Shown piece by piece: positions 1 to 12,240 of a DNA stretch of 64,000 bases (its first letter is position 1; each line of letters begins with the position of its first letter). The translations under genes were made by a program, and so were the position numbers. The stretch is taken from NCBI RefSeq assembly GCF_947568905.1, contig NC_079172.1, positions 36,704,001 through 36,768,000 of the forward strand, written 5' to 3'. The notes under the pieces were generated by a model. The model was not told the DNA's origin, searched no databases, and worked only from the letters and a program-made list of their open reading frames with translations. Source of the stretch: Ostrea edulis (taxonomy: Eukaryota).

Positions 1-95
1 GGTGCTGTGAGGTTGTGATGGTGGTGTTGTGATGGTAGGAAGGAGTTATATGGGTGTGACAGGATGCTGTGCGGGTGTGACGGATGAATGGGAGG
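1..95. repeat. End of a G/T-rich degenerate minisatellite (same family as 57470-58228)
   Basis: GGTGTTGTGATGG / GGGTGTGA motifs, followed by sequence homologous to what follows the 57.5-58.2 kb array. Confidence 0.7.
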
Positions 96-319
96 TGTTT
101 ACTCTCTTACGTACCCCATTCTACCTGATACTTCCAGGGGTCCTTCATTACACTAAAATTGTATTTAATGGCCAGTGAAAGTATGATTTCACTATCGAAA
201 GAGTGTGGTTTTTTAAAAAGGAATTTAGATAAATATCTCAAAAGATATTAGTAAATAATGGTTTTGATTTTCATAAATGTTTAGTTTAAAAAAAACATAA
301 AACTGTGTCCTTAAGGTAA

Positions 320-672
320 GGGGCATCAGCTGTCATTTTGTCACAAAAATTGAATCTAATGAAAATTGCTTTATATTATATAGTTCAGTAATAACACCAT
401 TGTTTAATAATTTCAATTACATTTTTACCTCAAAGAATGAACATGAATATGTGATTTTGATGATTTAATAATTATTGTTTTGCAAGACAATAATTCTTCC
501 TTAGATATTTCTTTACGCTAAAAGTGGTTATTTAAAGTAATTTTATTAGCTTTGTCTTGTGTTTGAACAAAATAAATGTTTTCATTAGTCATTGTTATAT
601 ATTGTTATATATTCTGTCTTTGAAAGATTTTGAGATAAAATGGTTCTCATCATTTTCACAGCTAATGCCCCC
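320..672. mobile_element. Old Kolobok-like non-autonomous DNA transposon
   Basis: Inverted termini GGGGCATCAGCTGT / ACAGCTAATGCCCCC. Right flank TTAA, left flank GTAA. A decayed counterpart is present at about 58458-58803. Confidence 0.5.
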
Positions 673-1089
673 TTAAACTATTCATATCATGCCTCAAATC
701 ACAGCTATACACCCTTTTTATCATTTCGGAAAATCACCAACAATAAAACAAAATAATTGACAGCTTGTATCGCTCTTTTGATTGTGAAAGTATACTTCAT
801 ATAAGGTGCTTTATGGAACAAATTAATCAACATTTGATGCAATGATTCACCTTAGTAGTGTTTATGAGATTGGTTGCCGTGTTTTATCTTCACCTTTTCA
901 TCAACATTAGAAAAGAAACAGCATTCAACCCAACTTCATAATTTATTGATGACTTTTCTGATATGTATCATTCCGTCTAACCTGTTTCCAGACCATACAT
1001 TAAATGTTCTTGAGTTTTATTCATTGCGATCTAATTAAGCAATCCCGTGTTTATGATTTCCGGTTAATGATGATGTCTTTATAATTTAG

Positions 1090-1161
1090 CGATCTTGAAA
1101 GAAATCAACTAACAACGTTGGAGAAGGGAGCGTTTGAAGGATTGGGAAATTTACAGGAACT
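1090..1161 (+). CDS. Internal coding exon, one 24-aa LRR (x-DLERNQLTTLEKGAFEGLGNLQEL), phase 2-2
   Basis: TTTAG acceptor, GTAAGT donor, exactly 72 nt, open frame matching xLxxNxLxxLxxxxFxxLxxLxxL. Confidence 0.93.
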
Positions 1162-1265
1162 GTAAGTATCTCTACATACACTTTGCTCACTATGAACTAT
1201 TTTTTAATTGGAATCTGAACTATTCTATTTAAAAATGAATACTAATGTTATTGAAATATATTTTT

Positions 1266-1510
1266 AGCCGACCCCTTTTTCTATTCCTATAAAGCAGAGT
1301 TTATTCAAAAGTCTCTAAATGAGAAGAATAAAAACCATTCTTGTTGTGGCGTCGACACTTAGATATATTGACAACGTTTATCTATTAACAATAATCATTT
1401 TCATTCATATATCGACTCGATATATCCCGGTGAACGCGAAATAAAGGCACCACAGAGTCCTCAACATTTCCTTCGTACATATACATTTTATTGAAAATAG
1501 ATATTAACCA
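1266..1510 (+). mobile_element. Penelope-like (Naiad-type) reverse transcriptase fragment, decayed
   Basis: Translates to YSYKAEFIQK...LRYIDNV.SINNNHFHSYIDSIYP, homologous to 29900-30150. Confidence 0.8.
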
Positions 1511-1784
1511 TAAACTAACTGACTATTAATACATGCATATTTATCTATCTATTTAATGTAACCAAGAAATGATTATGTCTATTTATCATAGTAGTTAGTA
1601 TATTGAAAGTTGTAATTAAGGTGATAAGAACTTATGTTGAAACCATTGTATATGATATACACTCATACAATGAAATCTGTTTAAATCAATCGTATTTATG
1701 TAGGCATATTTGCCATTATTACCCCCATATGATGTATACATTTCTAAATTTATTCAATACGCATGTGCTTGTTCTACGTATTAT

Positions 1785-2170
1785 CAGGCTACTAAAGTTG
1801 ATGTTACAGGGGTTTCAAATATCTCCTTTTTAATCAGAATTTCGCAATTTTTATGGTCGTTACAATGATTTAGTCTGCCAATGCAACTTATCTTTAAATA
1901 GAGTGCTCTCTGACATGTTTCATAGCGATTGTTAGGCCTTTCTTGGGGCACTGATTTGACTAAAAATTAATCTGTTTACCTGATCAAGGGATATGGCTCA
2001 CGGCATGTGGGCTGTGACCGACTGTGACCGGTCGACAGGGGATGGTTACTCCTTCTAGGCACCTTATCCCACCTCTAATATATCCAGTAGTTCGTGTTTG
2101 CCCAGCTCTCTATTTTGTATTCCTTATATGAGTTATGAGATTGATCACTTTTCCTTATCTTCACCTTTTA
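1785..2170 (+). mobile_element. Penelope-like element 3' end (RT thumb remnant plus 3' UTR)
   Basis: KLMLQGFQ...FRNFYGRYNDL remnant, then the recurrent tail ending GAGTTATGAGATTGATCAC...TTATCTTCACCTTT. Confidence 0.8.
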
Positions 2171-3029
2171 TTGATACCATCATGTATGTAAGAAAACTTG
2201 TGTGGTTTTTGAAATTTATAAAGGTAGGAAATGTCGTTCAAACATGTAAATGTACATATACGATATCGAAGTTTAAAGAACATTATAGTAAACAGATTAT
2301 TGGAGGGAATACTATTAAAATAACATAAATAAAGGCGATTAGAAAGTAAGGTGTGATTTATATAGCCGCCCATTGGGTGAAATCGAAAGAAAACTGCTAG
2401 ATTTTTTAAGCACATAAACAAATATAAAATCATTATCAAGAAAATTTATAATTGGTTTTTAAATTGTAAGTTTAGGGCCTAATTTGGGTGCTTATCACTG
2501 GCGGATCTAAAATGGACTTGTGGGAGGGCATACCCCTAAAAATTTTAAAGGCTTCATAAAATTATGTTTCCTTTGTTAGAATACAATTTAGATTTACTTT
2601 TTTGATGGAATAGATAAATAACATATATAAAAGGAATCTCTTCATTGATTTGTTTTCTTTAAAAACAATATCATGAAATGTTAAGCTCAACGTTTATATG
2701 TCTGTTTATGTGTTGATATTGGATGTGTCGTGTTAAAATGTCGTAGTACTTAAAATAAGTTATGTTAAGATCAGCGGGTGCGCATCAAAAGATCGTGAAA
2801 TGCACAATACTTACTGGCACTAAAGAACTTCATCGACGTTGAGAGAATTTTTTATTTTCATTTTGTGACAGTACTTTTTATCTAAAGAATTTTTATTTAT
2901 TTCTGAGTACATGTATATCAATAAAAATTCAGCTGGTAACCCGCTTGCACCCGACCTTTTGTTTACAAATACGACTTATTGATGTTTTCCAAAAGTAAAA
3001 TGTTATGGGTTATTCAACTGACTGTCATA

Positions 3030-3846
3030 CACCTGCACTAATGTACCCCTCTCTGATTTTGTTCTATTCTGACGTTTTCGGGAAAGGGCTACAAATCCAC
3101 AGGATCTTCGTAATGGTTCAAAATATTTTTCCCATTAACTTGTAATAAACCCCTAGTATTTGTCTCCAATGTTATTTACACCAAAACATCTTACTAACTT
3201 TGTGCTTGGGTATGTCTAATAGAGGTGTTTTTTTATTTGAATATCACGTACAACATGCTAAATTCTTCGTCTGCTCCTCCATGCTTGTTATCGTGAGATC
3301 TTGTAGGTGGATCAACTGAAAAACTTAAACATTGACAATCATCTCTAAAATGTAGATAATTGAGTCATTCCGACAAAGGAGGGAAAATGATATGGTGGCA
3401 GAACAAATATACATTCTGCTGTTCGTTTTTTAACTTGATATCAAATTCAAACTTTATTTAATACTGACGAATCCGCTTTTTCCTCCGTACTCGTCCATTG
3501 ATGTAAACACTACCTTACATTGGCATATAGCGCCCGGAAGTTGAAACTTCAGTAAATCATACATGGCGCATAAATATGAATCTAAATATGAATATATAGA
3601 AATTGCTGCAAACGGTAAAATAGAGCTTCGGAAATCGTAATATGCAGATTGTAAATTCAGATAATGTCAAAGAAACATAGAATATCATTTTATTTACGTA
3701 AAGAAAGTCAGCTAATATGTAGAATGATCGAAAATGTTGCAGTAGTGAATCACTCCCGCATCTGCAATATTACTGATATCCTAAGACGTTTTAACCCCCC
3801 CCCCCTCCCCAATGAAAAATCTAAGGGGAGCACATCATTACAGCTA
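3030..3846 (+). mobile_element. hAT-like MITE, older copy (same family as 60085-60928)
   Basis: Degenerate terminal inverted repeats CTGCACTAATGTACCCCT / CATCATTACAGCTA. Homologous in reverse orientation to 60085-60928 and also present at about 62595-63421. Confidence 0.7.
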
Positions 3847-5526
3847 GAAATTACAATGCGGGGAATTTACGATAGCTGTCACAGTCAAAATATAGGTAGT
3901 ATCGTTTCGGTTTTTAACCGTAAGAGTTCTAGAACTCTTAAGTAATTTCACCACAAAATTATATTGTATTTTACTACGGAAGTTCTAAACCTAGTTGCGT
4001 AAAGCACTTTAGTGTATTTTTAGAAAAGCGCCAATACTCTGCATAGCGTTCAACATAAAAACAAGTTTAACTATCGATCTTAATTATTGTGTTTTATTTT
4101 GATAATTCTAAAGGTGTAAAATCTTTTTTCATATTGTCATCTAATTTCATTTCTTTTGATTGTGTTTTATTGTTACATTCTTCTGCTCATCTTTTTAATA
4201 CACCTTAGCGTAATTTGTTTTATATAAGGCGCTATCTAAATTTTGTTATTATATTTGCAACCGGAGTGTCCAGGACTCAATCCCTGACGGTAACACACAA
4301 TACGTTTGAAATGAAATATATAGTGATTGTTTATTTGTCAATCAACTCACAAGTGATGTGAAAGTATGGCTGCTTATGAGATACCTTGCAAACCGATATC
4401 ATCTATCACGGCCACTGTTGTCGCGATAAAAAACAAAAACTTATTTCAAGAAACTCAACATTTAGACCCTGAAGCGTTCTGTTACCGTTCTGTTCTCGAT
4501 AAAAAATGTCCAATTCCCACCTTAAACTGTTTTGTTCTCGATAAAACCGTTCCATTCCCACACTAAACTGTTTCATTTCAAGCGTTCAGCGTTTTGTTTC
4601 AAGCCCAAACCGTTCGTTCCCACAAACTATGCGTTCCCGCATGGTCACTTGGAACTCGCACGTCAGTTTGTTATTTTATTTCAACATGGCGTTAGGTCGA
4701 CATGGAAAATGCTATCGTTCCTGATTCGACACAATATTTTAAACTTGTACAAGGGTGGACAGTTCTGCAGTTCACATCCGTAAATGTTTACCGACAAATT
4801 ACAAGTATATCACGACACGACAAAGTATATTCTTAATCAATGGGTAAAATCTTTTTACTGAAGAACAAAATGAATGAACATGGATGTTTCATTTTTAAAC
4901 CAATAAATAAATAAATGAATAGCAATAATGTTACTGTTGATGAAAAGAAAAAGCTCGGAAATAAAATGTCAAATTACATGATCTGCTTTAAGTACGGACA
5001 ACTCTTACATTGATCTGAATTTGACATATTTCCGAGTCGTGAAAATGTTTTTCGGGAAATCAAAAACAATCATTTATAAGAATTCCAAAAGCAGTTTGTG
5101 TGGTGTCATCTTCAAAAGAGGGTATGAATTGGTCGAGGCACTAAGAGTTGCTACAGTAATGGTGTACATTGTACTAGTCTACGGGAGAGTGGACACAGAG
5201 TTCACACAATAGGTCCCCATCTCAAGTGACTTTGCCCTCTTTCATATCCTCTTTTAATTTTGGGATATGTCACCCAAACCCTTTTAATGTATGTTTATCG
5301 AAAGGGTACCTTTATATGTACCATTAATTAACGTCACATGTCACCATGACAATGAAACAATGCAGGCATACCCCTATCGGGGGTTTTAATGCACAATGAA
5401 TATTTTTATTGAAAACTGTTATTAAGGGTTCTAAATTGAAATTCGATCCAGAATTGTTATTTATTATTAGATTACATAGACATTCATTGATGTATTCATT
5501 TTTTGATACATTCATTATGAAAATGT

Positions 5527-5745
5527 ATGAAAGGTGAAGATAACGAAAAGTGATCAATCACATAACTCCTATAAGCAATACAAACTATATAGTTGGGAAA
5601 AACACGGACCCCTGGGCACACCAGAGGTGGGATCAAGTGCCTAGGAAGATTCAGCATCCCCTGTCGACCGGTCACACCCGCCGTGAGCCCTATATCCTGA
5701 TCAGGTAAACGGAGTTAACCGTAGTCAAAATCAATGTGTCAGGAA
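5527..5745 (-). mobile_element. Penelope-like 3' end, 5'-truncated
   Basis: Reverse complement of the recurrent 3' tail (ATGAAAGGTGAAGATAACG...GTCAAAATC). Confidence 0.8.
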
Positions 5746-6724
5746 CTGTATATGATTTCAAACGCTTTAATGCACTACATTGAGCCCATATATAAATGTT
5801 CCAAATTACACGTTATACATGTACAAACTGAATTCCTCTTTAAAATTACCTGTGCACTAAGTAATCGGAAGAAAAAAAAATCATAACATTTTGAGTAAAG
5901 AGTGGCAATGTTACTTTGTATTATATCTAAATCGGACCACGCCTCAAATCACACAATTCCATTTTTCTAATGTGTAAAGTGATTTTTAATTGATTACATA
6001 CATGTGTAACACAAATATAAATATCCCCATGTGTAATGTAAGGCACATGTAATTGTATATATTAATATACTTCCCTCTCTCTTCCTTCTTTTTTAAATTA
6101 TTCATCATATCGATCAAATTAAACTTTTCTGACACGTACTCTCTTTCTTTTCCGCAATGTCTATATATGAATAAAAAGTACCAAAATTGTCAGAAATGCA
6201 GAATTTGAAATCGAAGCCAAACCGTTCGTTTTCAATTTTCGACCGAAGAAAACCGTTCGTTTTCAATCTCAATGTTTTCCGTTTCAGATAAAAACAGTTC
6301 CGTTATCGTTGAAAACCGTTCCCTTCAAACCGGTAAACGTTCGTTTCCCCAAACAGAACCGTTCATCCCTAAACCGTTCAGCGTTCGTTCACTGTTCCAC
6401 TGGCGTAGTAGTACACATCAGTCTGTACGACAAACATTTAAAGTAGTCACAATCTATGCAAAAAGTTCAGTGGAGAAAGGAGCAAACCACCTAGAATGTT
6501 TCACTTAGCAAAATCAAATGCTTGCAAATTTATTAATTCAACAAAGCAGTATCGATTTTATTTGAAGTACTAAAATATCTTAATAGAGTTTGAGAAACAG
6601 AGAATTCATTGATTCTTCTGGTCATATCATTCAAATGAAGTGTTGAGATTACTAGTATTACTTGTTTGTCAAATTGATAATTCCTAATCAAAGTTAACAA
6701 TGAAATGTTGAAACCTGAAACATA

Positions 6725-6890
6725 GACGGTTAGTTGGTTAGAAGGCTGATTGTTTTACGTCCTGTCGAGAATTTAACTTATGTTGAGACTTCACCAGCTA
6801 AAGTTGAAGTACTATTAATTCAGACCTATACCTAACGCTAAAGCCGTAACAGTGAGAACTCTTTAACATGCCAACCCCTGCACGTCCCGA
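6725..6890 (-). mobile_element. Degenerate 3' part of the SINE-like repeat seen at 46489-46751
   Basis: TTGGTT...TTTTACGTCCTGTCGAGAATTT...GAGACTTCACC matches the reverse complement of the 46.7 kb copy. Confidence 0.55.
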
Positions 6891-6899
6891 ACTGCTTTT

Positions 6900-7316
6900 A
6901 AATCCCGAACTTTCTTACACATTTCTTCGTCGGTGGCATCCAGTGGGCGTTCAGACCTGACTTCATCTGCTAAAGACGTTCTACTGCGTTTGAATTCCCC
7001 TATCCAGAATTTAACCTGAGCATAAGATGGTGCAGAATACCCATAACCATCGGCTAACTCGCCATGTATTTCCTTGCATGTTTTACCTTTTAAATGCAAG
7101 TACCGAATTATAGCACGGTATTCAACTTTAGATGAAACACATGCCTTTACATCTCTAGCCATGTTTGACATTCAATATCTTATTAAAGAATGACTCGATA
7201 CGCGTGCAATTTTGTACCAAGGTATAAAACATGTATTAAAACAAGGCATGAAAATCGTGACTGTCTCGATCAATCGGTAATGGAATGGGCTGGTTACCTA
7301 TTGACTCGCCCAAGTA
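6900..7316 (-). mobile_element. Mariner transposon 5' fragment (TIR plus N-terminal HTH of the transposase)
   Basis: The ORF EYRAIIRYLHLKGKT..EIHGEL...APSYAQVKFW..EFKR.RTSL.DE.RS.RP is a mariner HTH region. A TIR-like TACTTGGGCGAGTCAATAGGTAACCAGCCC begins at 7316 on the minus strand. Truncated before the DDD domain. Confidence 0.85.
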
Positions 7317-7396
7317 CTAATGAGATACCGCGACTGGTCGGATGTTTTGAAATACGAGCAAAATATCAGATACCTACATATCACCGGGATGATTAA

Positions 7397-7510
7397 AGGA
7401 CATATCTCATGTTTTCAAAGTATACAAAATTACATGCAAGAAGTTTTAGGCATGAGAAGAATTAATTTTGATGAAAAAATGAAAAAGTTTAGAAACACGC
7501 GTTGTGTCCT
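7397..7510. mobile_element. 114-bp Kolobok-like mini element
   Basis: TTAA on both sides (7393-7396, 7511-7514); imperfect TIR AGGACATATCTCATGTTT vs AGGACACAACGCGTGTTT. Confidence 0.6.
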
Positions 7511-8134
7511 TTAACACTCTTCTATAAATAGCGGAAGTTTGTTTCATGATATGTAATACAATTCGAAATATAAAATGCTTAATGGATCCAGATTGATCTA
7601 TCAGATAATCAAATAAAAATCTTACAGAAAAATGGTTTTGGAAAATTACAGATTTACAAACAGGGATATCTGAAAATGTCAATAAAAAAATTGATGTAGA
7701 TTATGCGCAAACATGTAATGATTGAAAAATTAATAGTGTCATAGCACATGAGATAGCATTGGACACAATATTCGTTCTTTCTACCTTAATCAGTAATACA
7801 TCCCGACATCCTCTTGATTTTTCTATCCTGTTTGTGTTCTTGTTCTACACATTATTAAATTACATTTTACATAACAAATGATATGTTTTGAAATCTATGG
7901 CATTTTGATGGAAACACCATAGTGATAATTTAGTGATAATATTTTGAACAAAAGCAAAGGTAGAAATATGTTTAAAAAGAAAGATCAGTCAAATAGATCA
8001 TTCAAAGAATAGAAAAGAAAGAAGGGAAGCAGGGACCCAAAGGAATTTTATTGTAGAAAGAATGAACAAGTAGTGACTTTAACACATATTAATATTTCAT
8101 TTTTTTTTTGTTAAAAGACAGGCTAATGCCAAAC

Positions 8135-8510
8135 AAGTTAATGTTACAGGGGTTTAAACAGTCTCGTTTAAAGTCAACATTTCGCAAATTATATGGTAGT
8201 TATTATGATCTAGATATATATGTAGTTTTCTAATACACCATATCATTGGGTCAAATGATGTTCGACTTCTTTTATATTCATTGTAAGACCGTTTTGGCGC
8301 TCTGATTTTGACTACTGACTACTCTGTTTACCTGATCAAGACATATGACTCACAGCATGTGTGACGGGTTGACATGGAGTTCTCACCCTTCCTGGTCACC
8401 TGGTTCCACCTCTGGTATACCCATGGGTCCGTTTTTGCCAAACTCTCTATTTTGTATTCCTTATGAGAATTTTGAGATTGATCACTGATCGTTATATTTA
8501 CCTTTCGTGC
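8135..8510 (+). mobile_element. Penelope-like 3' end
   Basis: AAACAAGTTAATGTTACAGGGGTTT...TTTCGCAAATT...TTATATTTACCTTTC, homologous to 30350-30720. Confidence 0.8.
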
Positions 8511-11211
8511 ATTATCACACGTACGCATATGTGTTTTAACATCTGCAAAGGCAACTGAAGATTATGCATGATAATCAATATGTTACAACTAATAAAAAAA
8601 AGAGAAGCAAATGAAAAGTATTTCATAGTTTACAAAGGTGAAGATAACAAGCTTTGATCAATCTCATAACTCCTATAGACAATACAAAATAGAAAGGTGG
8701 ATAACCACGGACCCTTGAATATACCAGCTTATTTTATGTCTTATTGTTAACTTGTCAGCAATAGACAAATAAAAGATTCATAAAAATTTAGTGAATATCA
8801 TCACAAAGCAAGGATAGGGATATAAAAGTTAAAATGATCAACAGTTATGGACGTTGTATGCTGTCATAAGGTTGTATATACAGCAATTTCACACCTGCAT
8901 TATTAAATACTATGTCAATATTCTTGAAGTGTGGGCTCCTCCCATAGTTAATCAGATAGAGATGTGATATTTTGCATCTATACAATTGAAAGGATACACA
9001 ATCTCTTCACTAAAGGAACGCATTTTTAAGTTCTGTAATGGCTACTTGGATGTCATAATTTTAACATTACAGAGGAGTTTACAATAATGGCAGAGCAGGA
9101 ATCAGTTATGTCTACGTGGATTGTTTTTTAAAATGCTGTACGGAAAGTGTACCAAGAATGATATGTTTTACTGATAAATGTTGATAATCACTGTTATTGT
9201 TCTGTCAGTACTGATGCATTCTGATTAATGGTGTTTTCACTGTTGTTATTGATATTTTATTGGTACAGTGACATGTTGATTCTTATTGTCGTTTGTACTG
9301 TGGATTTTGATGTTTGTTGATAAGTACTGAGAAAATACAATAAGTATTAAGTAGTTCCGATAAATACTGTGGCTATTGGTTTCCTCTCAGGAGGTCTAAA
9401 AATTGGTCGGGGTAAAATGAATGGTGTAGTTATTTTTTTTTCAAAAACAGTTTTTTATAATATGTATTATATCGTTTTAAAGTTATTCATATACATGTAA
9501 TTAAAACGATACCAAATAGTAACATTTGCCATGAGAAAACCTGGTTTTGAATATCTTCTCAGATTGATCTACTTCCTTATTTTTTTCTATAAAATTTCTT
9601 TCTTGTTGTTCACTTAACAGAAAGTGAGTGATGCATGCAATTTATTGTTTTGAATTTGAATTCGTATTCAGGAAATGATAAATAGTCTTGTAAAGACTGT
9701 AGTAGGGATATTCAATAAGTACTCACGCTGTTTTTCTTTCTCTCCGGAAGTTGCAGTGGTACAGTACCGAGTTCATTATTTTGATCATTCAGAGTGCTCC
9801 CATTCCTGTGTATTTGTTTAAGCATGGTCTATCCTTCCTCCCTAATGTCAAAGCACTTATTTTCTCTGCCGAGAATTCAGAGCGCCTGTTCTCCCATTTA
9901 ATATTTCTTTGATAATTAATACTGTACAATGAGGAAACGGTGACGATAATGAAACAATAAGTAATCTCGTAGCTCCTATCAGAAATACGAAGTTAAGAAG
10001 TAAAGAACTTAACTATATGCACTATACAAATCTGCAAATATTGGCCTTTTATGCTCAGAATAATCTCATTGAAGCATATCTGCCAAGCGATTGTGTGAAT
10101 ATTAGTCTACAATTTTCTAGTTCACTTAAAAGGGATATACAATTCATGAACATGATATTATGATACAGAGTCTTACGGAGTAAAAGAGGCTAATATGATC
10201 ATGCATTTATTTTCCAAATGAAAGTGAAATTAGCACTATTAAAAATAGATTGAATGCCAATTGTAGTAAATACTAAAGATAATATCCGTTTGTAAATTGG
10301 ATTTTTGAAAATCAAAACTTCATACAATTTAACCAGATATTGATTGTACTGTATAATGAATGGTACATCAACAATAATCGTCATTATAGATTCAATGAGT
10401 TATACAAATCATTCTATCATGGGAGTTGTTGATCTGTTTACACAATACACGTATTACTAACTTTGTTCCAATTTGTCAAAAACTTTGGAAAGAAAAATAG
10501 AGAAAGCCACGTGCATAAGCACAACTTTCTTACAAACTATGTAAAATCTTTCAGTATGCATACATGAACAAAATGAGCTATCATTTGATTGGATTATGTT
10601 TTACACCTTCCGTTCTCTTATCGATGACTGTACTATTCACAACACCATATGATGTCTCAATTGGATAGAAACAGTGTTAAGCATTCAATATATCAAGCTA
10701 TAGGACCCAGGGCGGGTTTTACCGGTCGCCAGGGAATGCTTACTCCTCCTAGACACCTGGTCCCACCGATCGTATATCCAGGGGTTCATCTTTGCCCAAC
10801 TCTCTATTTTGTATTCCTTAAAGAGTTATGAGATTCACCACTGTTCGTTATCTTCACCTTCCATATCATTGATGGAAAAGTGAAGATAACGAGTAATGTT
10901 CCATCTTATATATGGCCCAACTATCTATTTTGTATTGCTTATAGGAGTTATGAGATTGATCACTGTTCGTTATCTTCACCTTGCATATACATCTATGTGT
11001 CCTTTTGTCAGAGTACGATTTAAATTAAAAGATTTGATGAAATAGATGCATACAAATATATAACGTCGATTTCTTCAATGTGTAACTTATATACCGTCAA
11101 TCTCTTCAATGCAAGGTGAAGATAACGAACAGTGATCAATCTCATAACTAATACAGACTGGCGGGAATAGGGATCATAAGAAAGCTATGAGATTAGTTCA
11201 ATATTCAAACG

Positions 11212-11335
11212 TATTTGAATAGTAAGTATCTAACCGAAATGGGATGATTTCATCCAAAATATTTTACTAAAATTATTTGAATAGTAAGTATCTAACCGAA
11301 ATAGGATGATTTCATCCAAAATATTTTACTAAAAT
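11212..11335. repeat. 62-bp tandem duplication present only in copy B1
   Basis: TATTTGAATAGTAAGTATCTAACCGAAAT...TACTAAAAT occurs twice here and once at about 36206. Confidence 0.9.
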
Positions 11336-11714
11336 TATTTGTGGGGTTATGAGTTCACACAGACATTATGTTTCAAAATGAGTACGAGTATGGAAATGAA
11401 CTTGGGTTCAAATTGACTGGTTACCTAATATGACTACATCAACAACAAAAAATCACTTGAAGCTGTGAGTTTTTTGGGTCATATGTGGGTTCAGAGAATA
11501 TTGGAAAGTATGTTAGGAAACAAGTATAGTGGAAAAATATGTGAGGATTTTTAACATTAAATTTATGAGTCGGCGATGCAGGAATGCAGTGATATAGGGA
11601 ATCAACCATGCAACTGTCATTTGAGGGGTGGGACGTAAATCAAAGATAGTTATAAGGGGTTGATCTTAAGCTTTCTGATCTGTCCCAATATCTTCTTAAA
11701 GAGCTACAATTCTG

Positions 11715-12125
11715 CAGCTAGTTCTTTAGAAGATTCTTTAAAGATTTCCCATGTATATATTTCGCATGTAAAACTTTGATCCCCTATTGTGACCCCACCC
11801 AATCCCTATGGACCACCACTTTAACAAACTTGAACATGCACTATATCTGAATGTAAAACATTGATCCTCTATTGTGACCTCACTCTAGCCCCGAACACCA
11901 TGATTTACACAAACTAAGAACCTTTTAAGTGAATTTAGACTTTTCTGGTCCAGTGGTTCTTGAGAAGAAAGTTTTATTTTTAAATGACCCCACCCTGATT
12001 TTGCATTCTCATGATAATTTCCCCTTTGAAGGGTGCGTGACCCTTTTTATGATCAAACTTGAATCGCCTTCACCCATGGAAGATGTATATCAAGTTTGAT
12101 TGAAATTGGCCCAGTAGTTCTTGAA

Positions 12126-12161
<36 letters not shown>

Positions 12162-12222
12162 GACAAAAGGCAAAGGTGACCAGAAAAGCTCACTTGAGTT
12201 TTCGGCTTAGGTGAGCTAAAAA
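11715..12222. mobile_element. Helentron-type non-autonomous element (HINE) portion with satellite-like monomers; paralog at about 36655-37150
   Basis: Monomers with AAACTTGAATC / TTGGCCCAGTGGTTCTTGA, a CAGACAGACGGAC microsatellite, and the terminus AAAAGCTCACTTGAG...GGTGAGCTAAAAA typical of oyster HINEs (from recall). Confidence 0.65.
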
Positions 12223-12240
12223 GTATATAAACATGTTTAA

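Larger units (their letters stand above)
1..4430. repeat. Segmental duplication A, copy 1 (LRR exon cassette); paralog at about 58190-64000
   Basis: Colinear homology; 4421-4430 TCGCGATAAA matches the last bases of the window, and exon 1090 corresponds to exon 59250. Confidence 0.95.

Noticed and set aside
4470-6400. Two patches of AAACCGTTC-rich short repeats (about 4470-4650 and 6210-6400)
   Set aside because: Same orientation and no identifiable termini or TSD; probably decayed transposon subterminal repeats, not classifiable.
9720-9910. Minus-strand GTGAGT donor with partly open frames upstream
   Set aside because: Stops interrupt every frame, the peptide is unrecognisable and there is no clear acceptor.
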